A stretch of 50,856 bases of DNA, taken from Atractiella rhizophila (taxonomy: Eukaryota). A program made the translations under genes and the position numbers. Below the pieces are notes generated by a model. It was given only the letters and a program-made list of their open reading frames with translations, did no database searches and was not told the origin of the DNA. The stretch spans positions 1-50,856 of the forward strand of contig MU271523.1 in NCBI GenBank assembly GCA_021432655.1, read 5' to 3'. The number at the start of each line of letters is the position of its first letter. Position 1 is the first letter of the stretch. This document shows, one piece after another, positions 40,724 through 50,856 of this stretch.

Positions 40724-42275
40724 CATTAGTGAGATGTGAGGAGAGGACGGAGGAGGTGAGAGGAGGGGAGGAGGAGGAGGAGGAAGACAGAGGTCCGTCC
40801 AATTTGTCTGTATCAGAAATGGATCTCTGGTATTCCTTCTGAGTATCAAGGCTCTGAACGTGCCTCACTTAGCTAATGCACAGCATGAACGCTTCACTCT
40901 GGGAAGACATATCATATATCATGCCTATATTACTGCTATGATTAGAGCTTTCTCTCAACAATCGATGTGAGCGTACGATCGGATAACATTACCACTGGCC
41001 GCTTGGTAGCGTGCTCTCGAGTAAACCTTCACTGTTACATCCCATCTCTCTGATTAATTCCATGCAATGAATTATCCCGAGAGGAAAGCTCCAAGCGTGA
41101 AATACCAGAAACACAATGTCCAACATCGTTCACCCCTGGATTGCAACACATAAATACTTAGTCACTGAAGCGTTCCTTTCTTACTTTCTCACAGCGATGT
41201 TAAACGCGTTGTGGCAAAGTGATCCAATCCTTTCCTGATTAGAACAGGTGGCGATCGTGGCAATCATTCACAAGTTGACAGTTCTGCCTATTGGTGTTGC
41301 ATTCGCTTCTTCTCTTTTCCACATTATAGGGCGATGTTCTCCTACATGATCAACGCTCGGGCAACCGTTATCCACCTTTATAAACAAATCCAACCCAGTC
41401 AGCTAATAGTCGTTCGGTTCGGAGGACTAATTCCGTTTCCCTCTCCGTTCCCCTCATTTCAAATAAGCTCATGGTGTAACTTACTCCGCTTTCGGAGCGT
41501 CTTGGTCCGACGGGCAAAGTTCCTCTCTCATCCTCTCGCTTCGACGTCAGTTATTGTGTTTTTGTTTCTATACTCTTGACATCCATATACAGAATGAATG
41601 ACTTAGACGTTTGAGAGAAGCTCACAGGAAGAAACAGAAGGATCAGTACTTGATCAGTCAGCGCGTTCGCCTCCAAAGTGCTGATTCCGCTGAATCAGCG
41701 TCATGTCGCGTTCTGAATAGGAAGATTGCGCGGGGTACAAAAGATAATCAACATGGTTTTGCTGACCTCACCGCTGCTTCCTAGCTTAAGTATCCTAACA
41801 TGCCTCGTACCGGCCCTATCCTAACTGCATGTCCTATAACCTGTGGCTCACAGGCTGTCTCTGGCATTGAATCTTCCGTGTCGCGTCGCCCTTCGCGTCC
41901 CAGCGGCACGCATAAATTATCGCCGTCCGACTCCGATATCCTTGTGACTCATCGCTTCTCAGCCTCTAACAATCGTCGCGTTTTTTCTTCCTCGTTCTCC
42001 ATTCTTGTACGCGTTTCATTCTGCTCGCTCCACTGTTACTGTAATGCAAAGACCTCCACCATTTCCCTGCTCCACAAACCCAAGCTTCATTCCTGGTTTT
42101 GTGGAGTTCGGCAGAGACGGATGGTGCGCGGAGCTATCGCCGACGTCCGAGCGAAACTAGTTTGCTTCTCGCCCGCGCCGGGCTATCGCGTCGTCGCCTT
42201 TAGAGCGAACAGAAAGCTTGTCAGCGCGCCGAAGCGCTGACTTCTCCACTTCCAGCGCGTCTTGCTAAGCAGAAA

Positions 42276-42282
42276 TATAAAA
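42276..42282 (+). promoter_or_regulatory. Putative TATA box of the cyclin-like gene
   Basis: TATAAAA ~115 nt upstream of ATG 42396, downstream of a CGCG-rich tract. Confidence 0.55.
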
Positions 42283-42395
42283 CCCTCGCCGCTTGGTTTT
42301 CATCCCTCAGACCCAGATCATCCAACAAGTTACCGAAGCAAACGCAAAAGCCAATCAATATCCTTATTGCAGTCAGTCAACACAGTATAGTGGCA

Positions 42396-43154
42396 ATGGC
42401 TCCCAGTACCAAGCAAGTAGCAGATAAGTTTTACGGGCGAAAAGGTTAGCCTTCCTTGTCATCTGTGGAAAAAGATATCGGACTGATTTTGATTCGACAG
42501 ACATTTCGCTCCATGCAGCCAAGGTCGTCCAGCAGTTGTTCCCAAGCAATGTCAGCTCATCATCAGCCGGATCTACATCATCAAATCCTTCACCAGCACC
42601 ATTAGCGGAGTGGTACGCGTATGTCCTCTTTCGGACAGCGCTTCCAAATGCAACCATCTTCCACGCTCTCTACCTCCTTCAACGGTTATCGCACACATTC
42701 GTCGTCGACGAAACCGTACCCTCGCCGCCGGTGTTACAATATCAACTGCTCTACTCAGCTACCATTCTAGCTACCAATTATCAGATGGATGATTGTACGT
42801 TCCGGTTTGTTCATCAGAGAATGCAGGATGCTGACAATGAAACGAATAGGCTACTCCAATGCATCATGGTCCATCGCATCCCGCTCACTGTTCTCTCTCG
42901 AACAAACAAACATCATGCAAATGACAATGTTCGAAAACCTCGACTTCTCCCTCCACATCGACCCTGAAGAGGTCGAAGCCCTCGAACTGGATTGGGAACG
43001 GGAGCGCCTCCTGGCAAAAGAGAAAGTGAAAAAGCTAGCTTTCAACCTGGCATGGGCGACCCGGCGCCCGTCCGATGAGAAGATCCAAGTGAAGGAGGGG
43101 AGGTCACGGTCTGGTTTGGAACTTGCTAGAGTCCCGTCAATACGCGGTTTCTGA
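42396..43154 (+). CDS. Cyclin-like protein (Pho80/Pcl/Clg1-type cyclin box), divergent
   Basis: Two introns. Spliced AYVLFRTALPNATIFHALYLLQRL...QLLYSATILATNYQMDDCYSNASWSI...FSLEQTNIMQMTMFENLDFSLHI matches the spacing of the Pcl/Pho80 cyclin box. Confidence 0.8.
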
Positions 43155-43422
43155 ACAGTTGGTTGAGAGTAGTTAGATGTTTATTCGCATTTCGTGCTAT
43201 GTTGTTTAATTGATTGTAATAAAACGTCCACCATTGGCTGTAAACTGCTGCTCATTGCTACACAATGACGAACCTGCTCAATATTTTCGGACCAAGAATC
43301 TCAACAATTGGAGTTGGTCGCTACTTGCGAGGACATTTAAGCACGCCGCCAACCAGAACAAGCAAGAGAAGTAGAAGACCTGAGACAGAGAGGTGGTTGT
43401 CCGTAAGCTTCAATCCTCAAGC

Positions 43423-46400
43423 TTATTGTTCTTCGATGACGTTCACCTCTTGCGTCTTAAAAGCAATCTCCTTCGCGAGCTTCCTGAAGACACTATTTTC
43501 TCGCTTGAGGAGCTCTTTTGGTGACCTGTATATCGCTCTAGGGTGCTGTACTAGAGTGCAAATAAACGTACCCGTATTCCGCTAGCTCCCCATTGTCCAG
43601 GACAAGTATCAAATCGTCCTCGATTAGGGTCGATATTCTGTGGGCTATGGTCAAGGTTGTGCAACCGTCGAAAGAGTCCTTTAGCCTTTAGATAGTTCTG
43701 TTAAACGCTCGCAAAGGAAAGAGAAAACGTACACTCTCTGGACCAGCGTCTGAGTTTCATGATCGATCGAACTTGTCGCCTCATCAAAGCAAATGATGCG
43801 CTTTCCGCTTTAACAGAGATGTTAACAATACGGCTATAAAGATGGAGGAAGGCCAAACAAACCTGATCAGCGATCGAACAAGCGCCAACAATTGCCCTGA
43901 GAGGAACTTGAGCTCCAAACTTTAAACACAGAATACGTACTTTGACCGCGTGATAAAGTTCCACCTTCGCCAGTGATAGGTGTGTCCAACTTTTGCGGCA
44001 GTTCTTCGACAAAGTTTTTGAGTTGGGCAGAATCTAGAGCTTTCCAAATGTCTGCGTCAGATGACTGACTTTCGATGTCGAGATTTTCTCGTAAGGTGGT
44101 ATCCAACAATAGCGGGTCTTGTGGGATGACACTCATGCTGGAGCGAAGAGCTCGTTTCGATATCGTAGTGATGTCGACATTATCAACTGAGAGAATTGTA
44201 AGGGAAGCATAGGAGAGAATAGAAGGCAGCACTTAGGATTTTCCCACTCTCCAGTTCCTGTAGCCTGAACAAGGCTGCGAACAGACTCGTCTTGCCTACT
44301 CACACCGTCAGAGCTTCAACGCAGAACATGGTGCCCGAACCTGCTCCTGTTCTCCCACAGATCCCTATCCGTGTCCCGCCAGGAGTAGTAAAAGACAGGT
44401 TATTTAGAGCCCGGTGCCCTGCATCGCCATAACTCAGCGACACATTCCTAAATTCTACTTTGCCAGTGGACGGCCAGTCTACGGGTTTTGGTGGGCAGTC
44501 AGGAGCGTCTTCGGGTTCGAGGTCCCTGAATGAGCATGAACGGTGCACAGGAGAAACAGAATGGACTGGCTCACTTATACTCCTGGAGTCTATCAAGGGC
44601 AGCGGCGGCGATCTGAAGTTCTGTCCAAGCAAGAACAACGTAGTTGACTGTTCCGCTGAGGGTAAACACTTGCAAGATGGCGACTGCGAGGACCGCAGGG
44701 TTCAGAACTCCAACTGACGCTGCCCAGCGAGGTAAGTAATTTGGTGCAACATGGAACCGTCACGTACAAACTGCTACTACGACAAGCACAATGGCAATGA
44801 AGCTCATCAGATTAGATAATGCCGAGCTGAGCCATATGCGAATCATTGCGAGTAGGTAAACCGTCCTTTGGGCGACATTCACTTGTTCGCTGTTCAGAGT
44901 TATAAGCTCCTCTTCACATCCAAATGCTCGCAAAGAAATGAGCCCTTTTGGATCAACCCTGCACATCCGGTTCAGACGAAGCACAAAGGAATCAAGGTGC
45001 GCACGTTTCACTGAACAGACTGTGGGATCAATGAGAAATGTTTTCGAAGTCGAGAGGGATTACTTTACGTGTTCAGGGGACTAACCGCGCTGGCGCTCAA
45101 CCGACGCAATGATTGGGATGTGAACTACCGAGCGAATGTTAGAGCCACGTTTACTGCGATGAGAACGCTTCTTTACGTTATAGAACCGCTGGATAAACCA
45201 GAGCCCGAGAAACAGGAGCCCAAGGGGAATCCACATTTTAGGGACAGCGATGATGACAAGGACGAGTTGAGCGATCATGTTCAATCCTGCAGGAAAACAA
45301 TCAGACGGCGCAGAGACACAACCGTAGTAGATTACCGGCTTAGGTCGTAGATAGCCAATCTGCATGAGTGTTTCCTCCTTTGCCGACAAGTTAAACTCAC
45401 ATGACGTTAGGTTGGCAGACTGTCCAGGGAACATGAAGTCTACAGGAACTAGTTAGCCGCCATGTCGTAAAATGTCACCATAGTGCGGACCTAAGGTCAT
45501 TACATCAGAGCTGTGAGATTTTCGATGAGTAAAATCCCAGACAACAAGAACTAGACATACGAAAACCTAGTGATGATGCGGCCAATCGGTTGGTTTTCGA
45601 AAAAAGAAAGTGAAGTTCTGCAATACGGTCAGATTATTCATGTTGAACGGGTGCAAACGAAGCATACAGGAGTACGTTTTCGATAACAGGATTGACAACG
45701 TGTTTGGATGTGAGTGTTGGCATACGAACGAGGATATTATAGGAGTTCCCCCAATACGAAAACAAGAAGCCCAATTCGAGTACAACGTAAAAAGCGAGGC
45801 TCGTCAGAAGATATGCAGTGTCCAAATGATCGGCCATGGATTGGAACCATCGAGCCTCTGCCTCATAAGTCAGCTGGTGTTTTCATATGAGAAATGAGAC
45901 AATTACGATACAACGGAATCGCCAACGTGAAGGCTGAGGTAAACATCATCCCCAGATAGTAAAGGCACCCGTTGAAGATGCCAGCGGACATGTAGTAGTT
46001 CCAATAAGTCGAAGATGGTATAGTCTTGAATCCAACATCTAGATCTTTAGAATTCTTCGTAACCACATCCCTTTCATCTCTCTTGCTGCCACCGTCGTCA
46101 ACCGAAGCTACTTTGGTCGCCTTTTCATCTGCAACCTCCCGCTGCTGCTTCAGCTCCTTCAGGAGGCTGTAGCCGTGGCCTTTCTTCAGCAACAGTTGCT
46201 CATATGTTCCTTGCTCGACAATTGTCTGCCCTTCCATCAAAATGATCCAATCAGCCCTCGGAAGCCGCTGCACTAGAACAGAGGCGCCGGTTAAAGTCAG
46301 TCGAGTGGCCAGGAACATACATGCCTGCATTGGTCGTCATCACCACCTGTGATTCACTTCAGCGAGGCCCTTATATGATAAGGACCACAGATAAAGACTG

Positions 46401-49400
46401 ACGGTTTGATCTCTCAAAAGTCCATCTTGTTTGTCAAACAGTTGGCGAAAAACGTGTTCCTCAGTCAACACGTCCAAAGCCGAAAGCGTATCATCCAAGA
46501 GGTAAATATCATTCTGAGCATAAAGAGCTCTTGCTAAAGCCACTCGCTGTGGAAAAGAGGTCAGATTCACATCGGCAGTGGACAACGAAAGGATCTACTT
46601 GACTTTGCCCTCCGCTCAGTGTTGCAGTCAACGTTTCATCGCCCTCCTTCAACGTGGCCAGATCAACGTCGAGGGCTACAGCACGTAGAACGGTGTCATA
46701 CAAAACCGATTGATCTTTCGATCCCATAAACTGAATATTCGTTCGAATGCTCTCACTCCGTCGAAGCCCTGCGCTTTCATCAACTCCTTTTCTGTTCGAC
46801 CAAAGATACTGACAAGCATCTTGAGAACAGTACGAAATGTTCCTTCCACCTCTCCCCGAAAATTTACCCTCGGACAGTACAACTTCCTCCAAGAGGGCTT
46901 GAAGAAATAGGGACTTCCCACTTCCCACCTTCCCAACAACCATCGTGAGTTTACCGCTCCGTATGCTTGTCGTTATGTCGGCCAAAAGAATTGTACCGTC
47001 TTTATTTTTGTAGGTTGCGTTTTGGAGAGTCAGGTCCGCGATTTCAAGTGGTGTGGCCACTGTTCGTTTCTCGTTTCGCAACAAAAATTCCTGGTCTCGC
47101 TGGTCAGGTTGGGCTATGTGGGCGGTTGGATGAAAGCCGACCTCTATCCTGAGAACAGAATTAACTGTTTGGACAATGGAACCATAGTCCTGTCCTAAGC
47201 GTACTGCATACCAGTCAAAACTGAGAAATCCTGTGGTAAATGGAAATGCTCACTCAATGGTGCACCGATGACTTGTACCATACTGACGACAGTAAACATT
47301 TTTTCGACGTTGAGCTCACTGCGTCTAGACGGGGTGAGAAGGCAGATGATGGTAAATGCACTTGAATAAGGGCATGTCAGCCAGCCACTCTTTGTGGGAG
47401 GGAAAGAGACCCACAGAATCGTGAGCTAGAGGCACATTCAAATGTTAGCTCAGTTTAGCTGAGCAAAGAAAAGTCTCTTCACAAGCCTAAAGGTGTCCCC
47501 GGTCACACCTTTCGAGGTTACATTTTATCACTATTGAGCAGTCACGAGATGTAGCCAGCTCACTAGACACAAAAGCTATCAAAGTAGCCCTGAAAAACAT
47601 GGCCTTCCGCTTGTCGAGCTCGACTTCTCGATAACTTTGAATTTTCCGGATCAAGGGAAGTTCCCAAGAGGAAAGTTTGACGGTCCGGATGCTCTTCAAA
47701 ACCGATACTAAAAGTTTGGACCGCTTGTCCATCGCTTGCCTCCAAGCAGCTTGCAAAGGTCCCATCGGACGAGAAAGATGAGGGGTGACCGATAGGAAAA
47801 CAACTGCTCCTAGCAGAGGGGCGACAAATGCAGCTCCAACCTCGTACCAAAGCAGTACCAGGCCAAATATCATGGCTATGACGGCCGAGTAAAGACCTGT
47901 CACCTGGCTTGATAGGAGTACTCCCATGTGAGAATGACTTGCCGTGGAAAGTGGTGACTCCGTCCGAAATGTTGCTAGTGTCCTTCAACCGATTCATTAG
48001 TCATTAACAAAAAGGATTTGACAAGGAAATAGAACCGCAGTAATCATGTTAGACGCCATCCCTGTTCCGACTTCTCTCATTTCATCAACATCCATTCGGA
48101 GAGATTTTCGATAAATGATCTCTCGCAAGAAGCCTTGTAAGGTAACAGAACTCCGCCTGAGTGCAATATCCCTACAACCCTGTAAGCGCAGGAGTCGCTG
48201 AAATCTGGAACACACTTTAGATTGGTGAGCAGAGTCTTCGAGATCAGGACGATGCCCACACTCCAAGCAAGATATGTGCCAACCACCGCATCCTCTGGGG
48301 CATCGGAGGCTTGTGAGCTGCAAATGATTTAGCAGAAATAATGCGTGCTATAATCATACGGACTTGAGGTAGCCAATAATTCGACCAATGAGATATGGCT
48401 GTAAAAGTGAAATGGCCGTGACGAGAAGATTTGGAATAGCTGGTCGAAGCAGAATCGGCCAGAAGACAGAAAGGATAGTCCCAAGAAGTGGGGATATTGT
48501 CATTCCATGTTCCTTTCCCGACTTCCTGGCCAAATAAACATCGCGCTGGTGGTCCCACACAGCCTGAGCGCGAAAGTAGCTCGCCTTTCCGCTCAGACGT
48601 CGATCCATCTCTGGCAACTCGGAAACTGCGAGAGGACGTGAAATGTCGGATCCTCGCATTAGAAGAGGAAACAGCCAATTGACGAGCACCTTGGACAGCG
48701 GCGGGGCCATCTCTTCAGGAGGAAGCTTCGCAGCCTGTGAATGTCGAACACTTAGTTTCGAAGATATTAATGCAACAAAAGCACTCACCAGGTCCTCCTC
48801 GATAAAGCAAGAACTCTTGTTTACGTTTTCGACACTCAGTAGTAGGACAGTAAGAAGCCAAGGGAGATAAAAGACTAGCTCAAAGACGAGTAACTCCTTC
48901 GTCACCAAGACTGAGGAATGTAGGAAAACGTTGGAAAAAGTGCGTATTTTGAGGAGATTAGATATTGTCGTCAACAGTAAATAAACCGAGCTGGCGGAAG
49001 AGGAGGCGACAGCGTAGAAATGGTTGAGGTAGACTAGAGATGACAGCAATATCTGGAGTCTATGTCAGCGCACTGTTCTGAAGGGAGCAAACCGACTGAC
49101 CGTAGCAACAAAATCTTCAACCCCAATGCCAATCATGTGAGCCGTCCCCTCCTCCCATCTTTGATTCCACCAGATGGCTGCAGCTTTGCAGGTCAACAAG
49201 ACGCCACAGATCAAAACTTTGACAGTTGCAAGCCAGTTCCATTTGATGAGACGTATGCCGTTGTGGGGTATGAGCAACGGGGCAGAGGTGATAATCAGAA
49301 CGGTTGGTAACGTAGTCAAAAAGCTGACGATACCTTTCAGTTAGTTTCTTTTGGTTGCGAAAGAACCCTGAAGATAAGGCTCACAGATGCGAGAATGCTA

Positions 49401-49479
49401 ATGTTACATCACGGTCTCTACAGTTTGCGCTCAGTGTAAAGATGTCCCACTCATTTGAGCAAAAATTTGGCTCCTCCAT
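43423..49479 (-). CDS. ABCC (MRP-type) ABC transporter, full length with TMD0, many introns
   Basis: Start MEEPNFCS at 49479. NBD1: [28 protein letters not shown]2: [37 protein letters not shown] motifs IYRKSL and [12 protein letters not shown]. Stop at 43423-43425. Confidence 0.93.
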
Positions 49480-50856
49480 GTTGCAGCGTCAGTGGAGTGG
49501 CCTCCAGGTTAAGCACGGTCGGCTCGCATATTCCTGTCACATGTTATAAGGGGAAACAAGGTAAGTCGGTTTGAAGGAGGAGAGCGTGCGAACGCAACTC
49601 GAAGGTCGCGCAAAGCGCACTTCCTTGTATCTCGGGATATCCAGATATCTGATGTAGTACTCTGTCGCACTCTGCATATACAGGAGAAAACACCCGCCGT
49701 GACAAACGGCACTGCGCTCGGCAGCACACAGCAGCTCGTAGCAAGAAAGATCTTGCAGCAGCTCCTCAAGCGGCGGACTGCCAACTTTTCTCCGAGTACA
49801 TTACTATACGGGTCGCTAAACATTTGGCTTTGGATCTGCGACGCACTCTCAGGATGGAGCATCAGGATCACAAATGTCTTAATGAACGAGAACACCAGGG
49901 GTTTGCTCCAAAACCTGCTGCTCAACGCGTAGCTTCGATACCAAGTTTTTTATGGCTCCTTGAAGTGGTGAAATGGGATTTCCCACGATAAAGTTAAAAA
50001 GTTAAGAGGATACAAAGCTCCCAAGCCTAACTCATGGACGCTGCTCTAAGGATCGTTTCTGTTCTGACTGGCTATACACATTAGCGGCCTGGGTATTGAA
50101 GTGCGAGGGAGTTTGAAAGACCCTGAATGGGATTTTTGTAACCGTGGAAAGACGCACCACGACACAAACTCGGGCGGGATTTGGGGATGATAAACATTGG
50201 AAGGAGGGTGGGTAAAAAAATAAGTCCAGGGAAGACATGCACACGTAGAAAGACGACATGAGCCTGACGCTGAAGGCATACCATAAACTTGTACAAAGCG
50301 GTTCCGGTGCCGTATCTGAAACATTAGTATTGTTTATCGGTGTTTGGAAGGATCGACAAGTATCAACACGGCGCCTGGCGTTTCGCGGGAAACTTTTTTC
50401 ATTCAGGCACACTTTGGATCAGAAAAGACGACCAACGTAGACGCATTCCTTGCAGCAGCTGCACACGATCAGAACGTGTTAGAAGCCACTGGCAAGTTTT
50501 ACAGGGCTATCAAGTGAGTGACTGATTATATTGGGCATCGATGGCGTTGGGGAGCTGTGTTGATGTTGTTTTCCTGCTTCTTCTCCCGTCAGGAGTATCT
50601 TCACACATTCGCCGCTTCATCCATAGTTGCAATACGCGTGCTTATTCCTCACACAAATCACCATTAATATGTCAGCCCCTTCCGCATCAGCATCGCCCGA
50701 TGAGGACGCAGTTCCTTCCGTACGCCCGTCCTTTGTGTTATTGTTGGCATAAGTAAATGCGAATCGCATATCTGCTTAGGCTGCAGCTGCTCTTATCACG
50801 CAAGTAACGCCGCAAACCACTCATAATACTCGTCTAATATCTCCGCCTAAAATCTC

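Noticed and set aside
40735..40790. GGA-rich repeat
   Set aside because: Short low-complexity tract in the SERF 3' UTR; not a mobile element or array.
43930..43965. LSRGQ instead of LSGGQ in ABC NBD2
   Set aside because: A degenerate NBD2 signature is normal for the asymmetric nucleotide-binding sites of ABCC transporters.
49500..50856. Short ORFs upstream of the ABC transporter
   Set aside because: No motif or coherent exon chain; may be promoter sequence or a relic, and cannot be supported.

Overview
Gene-dense, intron-rich eukaryotic DNA from a basidiomycete-type fungus. The Pucciniomycotina-like assignment is inferred from the gene sequences and from ~45-60 nt introns with degenerate GT donors; it is not proven. 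I spliced about 15 loci by hand: the 5' part of VPS15, a conserved hypothetical protein, a cyclase-family hydrolase, a DUF218-type protein, a ~25-intron Argonaute with an intact DEDH tetrad, a stand-alone flavin-dependent halogenase, a hypothetical protein, an F-box protein, a DOCK-family Rac GEF, a decayed APH/kinase-like pseudogene, an LpqC-like esterase, a very large DOT1, a SERF/4F5 protein, a cyclin-like protein and an ABCC transporter. The most notable observations are: (1) a ~2,100-2,200 aa Dot1 H3K79 methyltransferase that splices in frame to an RS-rich region, repeated short motifs and an RRM-like domain; (2) micro-exons down to 3 nt that build catalytic motifs; (3) a cyclin lacking both conserved CDK-contact residues, behind a CGCG-rich promoter; (4) an orphan halogenase with no PKS/NRPS in the window. 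I found no supportable rRNA, tRNA, CRISPR array or intact transposon. All exon boundaries are manual predictions.
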